From: Candidatus Obscuribacterales bacterium
GTDB lineage: Bacteria > Cyanobacteriota > Vampirovibrionia > Obscuribacterales > Obscuribacteraceae
DNA length: 64,000 bases
NCBI GenBank assembly: GCA_019744775.1
Contig: JAIETZ010000006.1
Location: 41,092 to 105,091, forward strand
Direction: 5' to 3'
The position numbers and the translations under genes were made by a program. Shown here piece by piece: positions 46,901 to 61,900 of this stretch (its first letter is position 1; each line of letters starts with the position of its first letter). Below the pieces are notes generated by a model. The model was not told the DNA's origin. It saw only the letters and a list, made by a program, of their open reading frames with translations, and did no database searches.

Positions 46901-49900
46901 TTAGTACAGCCGCCAGCGGTGCCACAGGTTTTGGCGGAAACATGATCATAGTCACAAGAAATTCACTGGTTGACTACAACACGACAATTACTTCAGCCGG
47001 CGGCTCCACGTCGGGTAACGCCGGACAAATAAGCATCCATTCACTAACCGGATCACTGGACTTCTATAGCCGCTACAACACCGTTACTCACAACAATTCA
47101 AGCATTCTTGCCAATTCCAACAGCGGAGCCGGTGCCCTCATTGACTTACAAGGATATAACGGCATTAACTTCTTGAGGGACAATAGCTTATCAGGCGGCA
47201 CAACTAACGCCACTGTTAGTGCCAGCGGCACAACAGCCGCCGGCACAATACTCTTCTGGAACTTCACCGACAGCGGCATCCTTAACATGTCGGAAGCCAT
47301 TGCTGTTTCAGCCACCGGCACCAATGGTGGCATCTCGGCTAACATTGGACAAACATCAACAATCAATGGCACCCTCACAGCGCCTTCCGTACTTTTGCTC
47401 ACCGACTATCTAAATGAAACTATCACCACTACAGGTGCTATAACTGCTTCCGGCAGCGGTACTGCGGTCAACATGACCGGACTTGGTGCCAATTTCGTTC
47501 TCAATGGTAACGTTACTGCTTCTACAGCATCAGTTGGAGTGGCATCACTTGGATTAACTATCGGCAGCTCATCGACAGTGTCAGGAGTTGGCGCAACTCT
47601 CACCACATTCAGCTTAGCCAACTCCGGTGTGGTTACTTCAGCCACAACCGGCACTCCAGTAACGCTCACAAGCACAGGACCACTCACGCTATCCGGAACG
47701 GGAGCATACAACCTGACTGGTGGCGGTCCTAACACGTTGACAATTTCAGTTACCGGTGGGGCAACTCTTACCGTCAACGGCACCAACACATTCAACCCAG
47801 GAAGCGCGGGTACAGTCAACTTTAATGCACAAAACTATGGTAATTCCATCGTCTTCGGCACCGGCACCAAGACCATAACCGCTGCCACAGGTACAGTAAA
47901 CATCAGCTCACCAAATGTCACTTTCCAAAGTGGTACCAGCCTTTCTACCAACTTAGGTGCAGGCAGAACATTAACAATCAACTCCGGCGGTGGCGCCAAT
48001 CCATTAACAATAACCGGTCCAGGCACGGGTAATACAGCTTCGCTGGTTGTTTCCGGCGGCAGCTTCTCTATCTCACCGACATCAGGACAAGCAGTTATCT
48101 TTACCGGCGGCGGAACAATCAACTTTACTGGTGGCGCAACCACAATATCAACCGGGTCTAATGCGGACATCACAATTGGAACGAACATCGGCGGAGCAAC
48201 TGCCAAAACAATCAGTGCCAACGGCACAGGTGACATCATTCGTGTAGGTGACAGCACTGTTTCCGGAACAACCGTTGCTCTCTCGTCCGGAACCGGCGAC
48301 ATTGGCACATCGACTATGTTTATTCAGACAAGCGCCAGCTCCAGTCTGACAGCAAACTCAGGCAGCGGCGGCACTGCCTTCGTCACCAACGCCGGGGCTG
48401 TGAGCATCGGTGCTTCGACTGTCGGCAGCACATTCTCTTTAACCACCACTGGAGCCTCAGCCAACCTGACTACTACAGGCGCCATAACATCCAGCACCGG
48501 CACTCTTACAATTACTACAAACGGCAACCTAACAGCCTCGAACGCACTTTCCGGTAATTCATTAGTATTGGTAACATCATCAGGCAGTAACGGCACCATT
48601 GCCTTAAATGCGAATGCCACCGGCACCACTGGAATAACCGCTACTACCGATGGCACCGGTAACTTCACCAACGGTGCATCCAGTGCAATTTCCACGTCCG
48701 GCAATACACCCATATCAATCACAGCTAATGATGTTACCCTCTCCGGCACAATGAGCGCCGGCAGCGGCACTGTAACACTGGTTCCCAATGGCGCAAAATC
48801 GGTTTCATTTTCCTCAACTGGCGGCACGTTCTCTATTGCCGCGTCCGACATCGGAGCAATTACCGCGGGCACTCTAATTGTCGGTACAACAGCACAAGCC
48901 GGCGGTTTTACCATAGGCGGTGCGGTCAACGTTGCCGGCGCCGGACCAGCTGGTGTATTCAATCTTCAATTCAACAATGGTGGCGCCTTCACTTCAGCCA
49001 ACCAGACGATAACTATCGGCGCCCGGACCCTGACAATAAATACGTCCGGGGCTTCCAGCACTACCCAGCTAGGTGGCATCTCCGGCAGCAGCGGCTCAGT
49101 TACCGTGAGCTCCGGCGGCACACTGACTATTGGCGTAGGTGTTAGTTCCAACCTTACAATGTCGGGAGCTTCAACCATCAACTTGTCTACTAATGGTAAT
49201 AATTCCGGAATTGCCGTTAATGCCAATATTTCCACAGGCTCAAGTGGTTCTGTCACCATCAACGCTAATGGCTCAGGAAGCATTAGCCGTTCCGGATCTG
49301 TGACCGTCAGCGGTCCGACGGTTACCTTAGTCTCAGGCTCCGGAAATATCGGCGCGTCAGGAACAGCAATCTTAACTGCGGCCACAAACACTCTCACCAT
49401 TAATACAGGTGGCAGCGGTACGGCCGATGTATCCAACGCCGGAGCCATCACTCTTGGTGCTTCGACAGTGGGCAGCAACTTTACATTCACGACAACCGGC
49501 TCCTCGGCTAACATCGGCACATCCGGAGCCATCACTTCCACCAGCGGCACATTGACTCTGACCGCCAATGGCAATATCACAGCCTCCAATGCCTTCTCCG
49601 GCAATGCGCTTGTTTTGCAAACGTCATCTGGATCTAACGGTGCCGTAACTCTTAATGCCAATGCAATCGGTACAACTGGTGTCACCATTACAACAGATGG
49701 TACAGGCAATGTCACAAACAACGGCGCCACGTCAATTTCCAGCACGAATGCGCCGATAACAATAACCGCAAACGACGTCTCCTTCACCGGCGTCAATGCC
49801 GGAACAGGCACCGTTACCCTTCAGCCAAATGGAGCTAAAGCAATTTCCATAAATGGCTCGAGTGGAACCTTTACCGTGCTGTCAACCGACTTATCGGCCA

Positions 49901-52900
49901 TTACCGCCGGGACATTAATAATTGGTACTACATCACAAGCTGGTGGCATGACACTGCAAGCGGCCCTTAACCCAACCGCCAATTTGCAACTCCTAAATGG
50001 CGGCAACTTTACCTCGGGTGGTCAAACGATAACGATGGGGTCAAGGACCCTGACTATTAATGCGCTAGGAACAACGACTGTCAACGCCATAAGTGGTAGT
50101 GGTTCAACTACACTCTCAGTCAACGGGGGCACCGGACTTACTGTCAATGGCATCGTCAACATTAGTGGTATTGGCGGAACAATAAATCTCACTACATCTA
50201 ATAACGGCTCTATTGCCTTAAATGCAGATGTCGGACAAACCGGCGTGACGACAAATATCAGTGCTAATGGTTCGGGTAACATAACAAATGGTGGCAGCAT
50301 AGTTTCAGGCGACTTTGTAAACCTAAGTTCCGGTACAGGTAATATCGGAACCGTTGGAACACCTATTCAAGTCGGTCAAACAGGAGATAAGTCCGTAAAC
50401 ACCGGAGGCACAGGCTCCGCATTTATCACCAGCGCCTTTAACCTCAGCTTAATTACCTCTACGGTTGGTGGCACTTTCACAGTTACTACAACGGGCGCTT
50501 CGAATATAATCGGTGTAAATGGTGCCCTTACATCTACTTCCGGAACATTGACACTTACCTCAAATCTCGGCAGTGTCGTCGTCGGCAATCCCGTGTCAGG
50601 CAATACGGTTGTCTTACAAACTGGTTCTACTTCCAACGGAACCATAACTATTAATAGCAGCGGATCTGTTACCGGGACAAATGGCGTCACCATAACTACT
50701 GATGGCACGGGCGATTTGGTAGTATCAAATTCCAATGCTATCTCCTCTACCAATGCTGCAATCGCAATAACAGCCAATACCGTCACGCTAGGCACCGGCA
50801 CCATTAATGCAGGCTCCGGCACAGTTTCACTTCTACCAAATGGCGCTAAGTCAATTGCTGTTGGCGGGTCCGGTATTGGTGGTACATTCTCAATATCGGG
50901 AACTGAACTCGCCGCAATAACAGCCGGTACTCTTATCGTCGGCACAACTACACAGACTGGAGGCTTGACAGTCAGTGGTGCTATCAACGTTTCCGGAACT
51001 GGTGCCGGAACGTACCATCTACAATTTAACAATGGCGGCAACTACACATCCTCCGGTCAAACAATTACCTTAGGCGACCACAACCTCACGGTTAATTCAC
51101 TGGGAACCATCAATTCAGGCACAGTAACAGGCAGCTTAAGCACAGTCAATATGACCAGCTCGAGCACAACGACAATTTCATCAGCAGTAACGGTGGGCTC
51201 ATCTGGCACTGTTTCCTTAACAACAACAAGCAACGGAGCCGTGACAGTTAATGCCAACCTCGGCGGCGGCTCAAGCACTACAATAACCACCAACGGTACT
51301 GGCGATGTCACCAATGCCGTCTCTACCACAATCTCTGCTGCCAGTGGCGGCACTATCTCTATTACCGCAAATGACGTAACTTTCTCCGGCTCTGTTAGCG
51401 CGCCATCAGGAACAGTCACTATTCTTCCCAATGGTAACAAGTCGATTACCGTTGCTGGGGGCGCCGGCACGATGACCATTGCGGCATCGGACTTGTCCGC
51501 AATTACAGCCGGAACGCTTATACTGGGAACCACTACAAATTCCGGCGGTTTGACTATTAGCGGAACAGTCGATGTATCAGGCGCTGGACCAGCCGGCGTT
51601 TACAACTTGCAATTAAATAATGGCGGTGCGTTTACATCCTCAGGTCAAACGATCAATCTAGGGGCAAAAACGCTAACCGTCAATACACTAGGCGCCTCCA
51701 GCACAACGACTCTCGGCGCAATCAATGGAACCACCAGCAATGTCACAGTAAGTTCCGGAGGCACACTTACACTCAGTAGCGCCATGGCAATTTCAGGAAC
51801 GGCTACTGTTAGTTTGTCCACAAACGGCAATAACTCCGGCATTGCCATCAATGCCAATGCTTCGACCGGTGCAAGCGGTAGCATTGCCCTAAATGCAAAT
51901 GGGTCCGGCACCATTTCCCGCACAGGCGCAGTGACACTCACATCCGGCACCTTACAGCTCACTTCCGGCACAGGTAACATCGGCTCCGGAGGCACTCCGA
52001 TTCAGACAGCCGCGAGTATTTTAACTGCCAACACAGGCAGTCCCGGAACTGCCACCATAACCAACGCCGGCGCTGTAACACTCGGCGCTTCAACTGTCGG
52101 TGGCAATTTCTCTGTAACTACAACAGGCGCTTCTGCCACTATCGGAACCTCGGGAAATATCACATCAACTTTCGGCAGTCTAACGCTGACAGCCAATGGC
52201 ACCATAACCACATCCAACACTGTATCTGCCAGTACATTAATATTGCAAACATCATCTGGTTCCAACGGTGCGGTCAACCTTAATGCCAATGCTACCGGCT
52301 CAAGTAGCGTAACTATCACAACTGATGGTACCGGCAACGTCACCAACGCCGTCTCGACTTCTATTTCCTCTTCAATTGCTGTTACCATCACGGCAAACGA
52401 CGTTGCATTTTCCGGATCCGTCAGTAGTGGGGGTAACTTATCACTCATTCCCAATGGTGCCAAATCAATTACAGTCGGATCAGCCGGAGGTACATTCAAT
52501 GTGCAATCAGCCGATCTTTCCGCTATTACCGCCGGAACACTTATCGTCGGCTCAACTTCTCAAGCCGGCGGACTGACAATTGGTAGCGCACTCAACGTAT
52601 CCGGCTCCGGTGCTGGTGCATATAACCTACAATTCAACAACGGCGACGTCTTCACATCCTCGGGTCAAACAATTACTCTTGGCGCCAAAACGCTCACCGT
52701 CACTACACTAGGAGCATCAAGCACCACCACGCTGGGCGCCATCTCCGGAACCACCAGCAATATCACCGTCAGCTCCGGCGGCACACTCACTGTTAGCGGG
52801 GCTATTGCTGTATCAGGCACTGCAACCGTGCAATTGCAAACTCCCGCCAACTCTTCTCAAATCGCTATAAATAATAATGTTTCAACAGGATCAGGCGGCA

Positions 52901-55900
52901 CAATCAATATTACTAATACCGGCAACGTTAGCAGATCCGGAAGTTTCACATTAACATCAGGTACGGTTAACTTCCAGAACAACGGCGGCACAGTAGGCTC
53001 AGCAGGTACACCGATGCTCACCGCAGTTTCAAACTTAACCGTCAATGGCACCAGTTCCGGATCAAGCACCATCTCAAACACAGGCGCTGTGAGTATTGGC
53101 GGCTCATCAATTACAGGTGACCTATCAATTACTACAACTGGAGCATCTGCCAACATCACCACCACCACCTCATCAATCCAATCAATATCGAACAGCCTCA
53201 CCCTCATAGCAAATGGCAACATAACGACTACCAGCGGCGTGAGTGGTTTTACGGGCTTGACACTGCAAACATCATCCGGTACAAACGGCAACATAAACTT
53301 GCAAGGCAGTCTTAACGCTGGCGCTCCAAACGGATCAGTCGTTATAACGACCGACGGAACCGGTAATGTAACGAGCACAACTCAGCCGATAAACGGCGCT
53401 AATAATGTGACTATCACAGCCAATGATGTAAGTTTCGGAAGTGCAGTACTTGCCACTACACTCACCCTAATTCCAAATGGCGCAAAGTCCATTTCCGTCG
53501 CCTCTTCATCGGGCACATTCAGTGTCACCACCAGTGACATCGCGCAATTTAATGCTGTCGATATTGTTATTGGTACAACTGCTCAAGCAGGTGGTCTAAC
53601 CGTCGGTGGCGCACTCAATATCTCAAGTTCCACTTTCTCATCGTTGCAGCTCAACAATGGTGGCAACATTACGTCATCCGGTCAAACCATTACTCTTGGT
53701 GCCAAGCCCCTATCCATCAACGCTGTCGGCACAATCACCTATGGCAGCATCGTGAGCACAACCGGCAACATATCCATGACGTCAGGTAGCACTTTGAGTA
53801 TCCCAACTGCAATAACAATCTCAAGCAGCGGCATTATATCCCTTACCACCAATGCAGCCAATGCTGCTATCACAATAAGCGCCAATGTTAACGCTGGTGC
53901 TTCCGGCATTATCAACGTCAGTGCCAATGGTTCAGGAACAATTACCCGCTCCGGCAGCGTAACACTGACAGCTAATACAGTAAACTTGACTTCAACCAGC
54001 GGCAACATAGGTGCATCAGGAACACCAATTCTCACGGCGGCCGGAACTCTAACCGCAAATACGGGCGGCTCTGCCACAGCCGATATTAGCAACACCGGCG
54101 CTTTGCTCATCGGAACATCCACAATCGGCGGCAACTTCTCTGTGACAACAACAGGGGCTTCCGCCACCATCGGCACATCGGGGTCCATTACTTCTACAAG
54201 CGGCATACTCACCCTCACAGGCAACGGCACCATTACAGCTTCCAATGCTCTTTCTGGTAACGCATTAGTACTCCAAACATCTTCAGGCTCTAACGGTGCT
54301 ATAACCCTGAATGCCAACGCTACCGGAACAACCGGTGTCACGATTACAACGGACGGCACTGGTAATGTAACGAATGCCGGCTCCACGTCCATTTCCAGCA
54401 CCAATTCCGCCGTTACCATTACGGCAAATGACGTTGCCTTTTCCGGCACGGTCAACGCAGGCACTAATACAGTCACGCTACTTCCCAATGGCTCAAAGTC
54501 AATAACAGTTGGTTCAGCCGGAGGCACCTTTAACGTACAATCAGCCGATCTGTCTGCCATCACAACAGGAACTCTTATCGTAGGTACCGGTGCGCAAACA
54601 GGCGGACTAACAGTAGACAGCAATATTGATGTCTCCGGAGCTGGTCCTAGTGGTGTCTACAATCTGGACTTCCGCAACGCCAGCAGCATCACTTCCGCCG
54701 GACAAACCATCACGCTGGGTGCCAAATCCTTAAACATCCAAACCTTTGCTTCTAGCTCAATCACCCTCGGCGCTATTTCCGGCACAACAAGTCCTGTAAC
54801 AGTGACATCCAGCGGCACATTAACCATCGGTGCAGCCATTGCTGTTTCTGGTACAGCAACCATCAATTTGTCTAGCGGCACCAATTCCGACACCACTATT
54901 AATGCCAATATATCCACCGGCGCCAGCGGTGCTATCCAAATCTTTGCCGGTGGCACCGGCTCAATTACACGATCTGGTGCTGCTACTCTCACTTCCGGCA
55001 GCGTTAGCCTTATGACCATAACTGGTTCTATTGGCTCTTCCGGAACTCCGATACTTACCTCCACCGCATTATTAAGCGCAAACACCGGCAGTCCTGGCAC
55101 TGCAACTATTTCCAATGCTGGTGCTACAACTCTAGGTTCATCAGTTGTAGGCGGCAACTTCTCAGTCACCACAACTGGTGCCTCCGCTAACCTGAGTGTG
55201 GCCAGCAATGCCGTTTCTACCAACGGTACTCTGAGCTTAACGGCCAATGGCACCCTTTCAGCCGCGGGTCCATCCAGCGGAAATATTGTTCTATTAACTA
55301 CATCATCAGGTTCCAACGGTGCTATTACTCTTAACAACAACGTCACAGGTACCAATGGCATCACTATAACCGCTGATGGCACGGGAAATGTCACCAACGC
55401 AGTTTCAACGTCCATAAGTACAACTAACTCACCAATATCCATTACCGCAAATGATGTCGCCTTTTCAGGATCTGTCAATGCCGGCACGAACAATATTTTT
55501 CTTAATCCCAACGGCGCCAAGTCCATTTCTGTAGGTGGAACAGGTGGCACTTTCTCCGTGACAGGAAGTGACCTCTCGGGAATTACTGCCAGTACTCTAA
55601 CTATTGGCGATTATTCTATAGCCGGCGGACTAACCGTGTCAGGCAGCATTAATGTATCAGGCTCAGGCGCGGGTGCTTACAATCTGCAGTTGTATAATGG
55701 CGGCGCTTTTACTTCCTCCGGGCAAACAATTACTCTGGGCGCTAAATCTTTAGAGATCACCACCCTTGGAGCATCAAGTACCACAACGCTGGGTGCCATC
55801 TCTGGCACAACTAGTTCTATCAACGTCAGCTCCGGCGGCACATTAACAGTAAATGGTGCAATAAATGTTAGCGGAACCGCTACCGTTATTCTGTTCGCTA

Positions 55901-58900
55901 ACGGCAACAATTCAGCTGTGTCCATTAATGCCAATGTCTCAACAGGCGCAGGCGGCGAAATTGATGTTACTGGCAATGGTTCCGGCAACATTACTCGCAC
56001 CGGCGCTGTCACCCTAACCTCCGGAACCGTCAGGCTTTTAAGCTCATCAGGTTCCATCGGTTCTTCCGGTACTCCAATTCAAACAGCTGCAACAACATTG
56101 ACCGCCAACAACACGTCTACCGGAACTGCAGATATCACTAATGCCGGTGCAGTCACCCTGGGAGGATCATCAATAGCCGGCAATTTCTCGGTAACTACGA
56201 CAGGAGCCTCCGCGACCATCGGCACCTCAGGCTCTGTGACCTCCTCTACCGCCACCCTTACCTTGAGCGCCAACGGCACCATCACCGCATCCAACGCCCT
56301 CTTTGGTGCGTCTGTTGTGCTACAAACCTCTTCTGGATCAAATGGCAGCGTGACTCTGAATGCCGATACCACAGCCAGTGGTGGCAGTCTCACTATTACT
56401 ACCGATGGCACCGGCAATGTCACCAATGCCGGATCCACCAGTCTCACCTGTGGCAGCTGTAGTATGTTAATTACCGCCAATGATGTCACATTCTCCGGCT
56501 CCGTCAATGCCACCGGCGGCAACACAGTCACGCTCAGACCCAACGGCGCCAAGTCCATTTCTGTAGGAGGCACCGGCGGCACATTCTCAGTTGCATCTTC
56601 CGATCTGTCTGCCATAACTGCTGGAACTCTTGTCGTCGGCACAACCGCTCAAGCGGGCGGACTTACAGTAGCAAATGGTCTTAATGTATCCGGCTCAGGC
56701 GCAGGCGCTTACAACTTGCAATTCAACAACGGCGGTGCGTTCACATCTTCCGGACAAACAATAACGCTTGGTGCTAAGACTCTTACCATCACCACCACAG
56801 GAGGCTCCAGCACAACAAATCTAGGTGCAGTTAATGGCACCACCAGCAACGTCACTGTAAGCTCCGGCGGCGCACTTACTGTGAGCGGTGCCATGTCAAT
56901 CTCAGGAACGGCCACTGTCAGTCTGGCTACCAGCGGGAGCAACTCAGCTATCTCAATTACAGCCAATGCCTCAACCGGGGCGAGTGGTACGATGAGTCTC
57001 AATGCAAATGGTTCCGGCACAATCACACGTACTGGAGCCGTGACACTAACATCCGGCACCGTCAACCTAATATCTGGCACCGGAAATATAGGAAGCGGTG
57101 CAACTCCAATTCAAACAGCCGCCAGCATTCTTACTGTTAATAGTGGTAATCCTGCCACAGCTGATATTACAAATGCCGGTGCTGTCACTCTAGGAACTTC
57201 CACGGTTGGTACCAATTTATCAATTACAACCACGGGAGCTTCTGCTAATTTAGGCACTTCTGGTGCTATCACGACCACTCTAGGCAACATGTCCCTTACC
57301 GCCAATGGCAACATCACAATTTCCAATACTCTCATCGCTGGATCAACCGGCAATACCCTCACACTAACTACTTCTTCCGGCTCCAACGGCACCATCGCCG
57401 TTAATGCCAACGCGACTGCAAACAACGGCAATATAAACATAACGACAGACGGAACCGGCAACGTGACTAATGCTGTCTCCACGCAAATTTCAAGCAACAA
57501 CATTACAATAACTGCCAATGATGTGGCATTCTCCGGCACACTCGTCGGCGGCTTGAGCGTCAGCCTCCTACCAAATGGAAACAAATCCATCTCCGTCAAT
57601 GGCACGGGCGGTACCTTCTCCGTCACTGCCGCCGACCTTGCGGCAATTGCAACTACCACCCTAATTATTGGCACAACTGCTCAGTCGGGCGGCCTTACAA
57701 TTATTAGCGATTTCAATTCTCCGGTATCAATCTTAACTTTTAGGAACGGTGGCAATTACACCGCTGCCGGAAGGACCATTACGCTCAATTCTGCTAGTCT
57801 TACAATCAACGCTCTTGGAACAGTTGACACCGGTTCCACTACAGGGACCAACAATACCCTAAACATAACCGGAGGCGGTATCACCGTATCAGGCAACCTA
57901 GTAGGCGACTTAGGAGCACTTCTGACGACAACCAGCAACGGCAGTATAGCTATCAATGGCAATGTAAATGCGGGAGGCAACGAAGCAGACATCACAACAA
58001 ATGGCAGCGGTTCAATTACACGTTCTGGAAATGTCACCATTACAGGAAGCATAGTTCGCTTAGCCTCCGGCACCGGAAATATCGGGACAGTCGGCACTGC
58101 CATTCAAACAACTACAAACAACATACTCTCTATCAATACCGGTGGCAGCGGCACTGCCACAGTTACCAATACCTATGCCGGACCAATCTTGCTCGACACA
58201 TCCACCGTTGGCGGTGACTTCTCTCTCTCGACCACTGGCGCATCAGGAAATCTCAACACATTTGGAAACGTTACTTCAACTAGTGGAACACTGACGTTTG
58301 CAATTAATGGAACCATCCAAATCGGACATGCAGTCTCTGGAAATGCGGCAATTGTCCAAACGTCCTCAGGGTCCAACGGCAGCATTCTTGTCAATTCTAG
58401 CGCTGGCAGTTCCCTAACCGGCACCACCGGTGTCACCATCACAACTGATGGCTCAGGGGTGCTCTCAGTTGCCTCCGCTAGAACAATATCTACTACTAAC
58501 GCTCCAATTACAGTTACCGCTGAAGACATATTATTGAGCGGCTCGCTGAATGCAGGAACCAATACCGTCACTCTTGTACCAAATGGTAGCAAAGCCATTG
58601 CTATATCCGGCGGCGGTGCCACCTTCAATGTTGACAATGGTGAACTTTCGCGGATAACTGCCGGCACTCTGATAGTAGGCTCAAGAGCTGTCACAGGCAA
58701 TCTCACAGTAAATGGTGCTGTTAACGTATCCGGTTCAGGAGCCGGTGCTTACAACTTGCAATTCAACAATGGCGGCACATTCACATCATCAGGACAAACA
58801 ATTACACTCGGCACAAAGAACCTCACAATCAGCGCCTCGGGTATTGTCACACTTGGCACCATTAATGGTTCATCTGGAACTGTGTCCGTGACATCCGGCA

Positions 58901-61900
58901 GTGCACTTACCATCTCCAACGCTCTATCCCTAAGCGGAAGTGGAACGATTACATTGGCTACGGACACCGGCAACACAAATGTCGCCCTGAATGCCGCCGT
59001 CTCTACCGGTGCATCCGGGATCATCAATATCACAGCTAGTGGCTCCGGCGATATTACGAGCGGCAATTCAGGAATAGACCTTACAACAGGCACCGTCAAT
59101 CTCACGTCCGGCAGCGGCAGCATCTACAGAGTTGTTGGCTCAGGTCCTATTTCGGTCTCCGCATCTTCACTGTCTGTTAACACCGGTAATCCTGGTACTG
59201 CCCAAATTCTTACCAGTGGCCCTATCACTCTAGCCACGTCTTCTGTAGGAGGCAATTTCACTGTTACAACTGCTGGATCAATTAATACCTCAGGCACTGT
59301 CACTTCCGTTAATGGAACGCTGAACTTGGATGCTGCAGGTACTATCACCGTTTCTAATCCAATGTCCGGCAACTTCGTGCTTCTACAGACACACGTTACA
59401 TCAAATGGATCCGTTGCACTAAATGCCAACCTTACCGGCACAACGGGTGTCAATATCACAACTGATGGAACAGGCAACGTTACTAATGCCGGATCAACTT
59501 CAATTACTGCCGTTGATCAGCCAATCAATATTACAGCCAATAATGTGACCTTCTCTGGTACGGTTAACGCAGGCACTACCGGAATCGTCACATTGAAACC
59601 CAATGGTGCCAAATCAATTTCTGTCGGAGCTTCCTCCAGCACATTCAATGTAACTTCAACGAATCTCTCAGCCATTACTGCTGGAACCTTAAATATCGGC
59701 TCTCAATCCGACGCAGGTGGACTTACTATAGGAGGCGCAATCAACGTCTCTGGAAGCGGCGCTGGTGCCTTCAACCTCTACCTTAACAACGCCGGCGCAG
59801 TTACGTCCTCCGGTCAAACAATAACTATTGGCAGTAAACTCCTCCAAATTACAACAACAACCCCATCCGGCACAGTCACACTAGGAACCATATCAGGTAC
59901 AACAGGCAGCATGACTGTGACATCCGGTGGAAACATTACAGTTGGCTCTGCAGTAACATTCAGCGGCGTTGCCGGTGGCGTGTCACTGGTAGGGCAAACG
60001 AGTTCCAACGCCAATATCGCCATCAATGCCAACGTATCGCTCGCCGCCGGCTCGGGCGCCATTACTCTTTTGACTTATGGAACAGGCAATATAACTAGAT
60101 CTGGCAGCGTCACGCTTACTTCTGATTCCGTTCAATTTGTAACCGACACTGGCAGCATTGGTTCTGCCGGCACTCCAATGCTCACTGCCGCCACCCAAAG
60201 CTTGTCTGCCAATACCGGCAATTCAGGAGCTGCATACATTAGCAATGCCGGTGCGATTTTCCTAACTACCTCGTCAGTGGGTGGCGACTTCTCAGTCACA
60301 ACAACTGGAGCCTCCGCCACTCTCGGCATCACAGGAAATGTAACATCTACTAATGGCGCAGTGACGCTTGCCGCCAACGGCACCATTACAGTCTTCAATC
60401 CACGTACCATATCCGGAAATACCGTTGTCCTGCAAACATCCTCAGGTTCTGGTGGTTCGATTACCTTGAATGGCAACGTCACCGGTACCGGCGGGGTGAC
60501 TATCACTACCGACGGAGCAGGCAATGTAACCAATGCTGCCACCAAATCGATAAGCACAACAAATTCCCCTATCACCATAACAGCTAATGACGTCTCATTC
60601 TCAGGCACGGTCAATGCCGGTACGAGTTTAGTAACGCTCCAACCAAATGGAGCCAAGGCAATTTCTGTTGGTTCAACTGGCTCAACATTCTCAGTTACGA
60701 GCAGCGATCTCTCCGCGATTACAGCAGGAACACTCATTGTCGGCACTACTTCTCAAGCAGGCGGTCTAACCATAGCCAGCTCACTTAACGTCTCCGGCTC
60801 AGGTGCGGGTAATTACAATCTGCAATTCAACAACGGCGGCAATTACACAAATTCTGGAAACACACTGACACTTGGCTCCAAGAATTTAACAGTAACATCT
60901 CTGGGCACCGTTAATACAGGCACCGTAACAGGCACATCAACAACGATAGCAATGACATCCGGAACAGGTATGACGGCATCAGGTGATATCACTGCTTCTG
61001 CTGGTTCTGTAGCATTGACTAATACCGGAAACGGTACGATGGCAATTAACAACAACATTACTGGTTCAACGGGTGTCACTATGGCAACGAACGGAGGCAC
61101 CTCAGATATTAATGTCATAGTCAATAAGACTGTAAGCGCCACTACTGGCGATGTTTCTCTGACCACTCCAACAGCAACAATAAATGGCAAGCTTACGACA
61201 GCCAAAGATGACGGCAACGTGATAGTCCAAAACAGCGGCGCTCTAACTATGAATGGAACAGGTACTCTGGAAGTCACAGGAAATGGCTACCCAACGATCA
61301 ATGTTCAAGCCGGTGGTGCCAATGCTCTGAATTTAAATGGCTCGTTTACCTACAATTCATGTTCATCTTGCATGGTGCAATTACAATCAGCTGCTTCAGG
61401 CGGCTCAGTTGTCGTCGCCAATAATTCAACTCAAACAGGCAACAACGGCGGCTACTTCCAATTCATAGCTCCGCAAGTCACCTTTAGCGGCAATGCCACC
61501 GTAAACAACACAGACGGATATCTGGATCTGACCGGCAATACGTTAAGTTCAACAATTACCTTTGCCGACAATTCCACCGTTAATCTCAATCTCGGCACCG
61601 GTACCGCCTTCATTGGTTCATACGATACTCATGCCTTGGTCATCAACAAGACTGCCGGCGCCAATACCGCGACACTAAATGTTACCGGCGAAGTACAGAC
61701 TTATTCATATGGCGCCAACCAAACGCTTGCCGCCAACGTCGTTCTTCAATCCGACAGCAACATCACTTTCAATGTCGATGGCGGCACTCTAACCACCAAC
61801 GGCTCCATCGTCTCCACTATGTCCGGAGGCACCATAACACTATCCGGACATGACTCCAACCTGACCCTTGCCGGCACACCACAACAAGTTGCAGTAACCG

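Noticed and set aside
48200-60900. The regular ~1,020-nt periodicity (and the ~774-nt one at 33.6-42.4 kb) considered as a possible CRISPR or satellite array.
   Set aside because: The units are far too long for CRISPR repeats. They are continuous in one reading frame and diverged mainly at synonymous sites, and there is no short direct repeat and spacer organisation.
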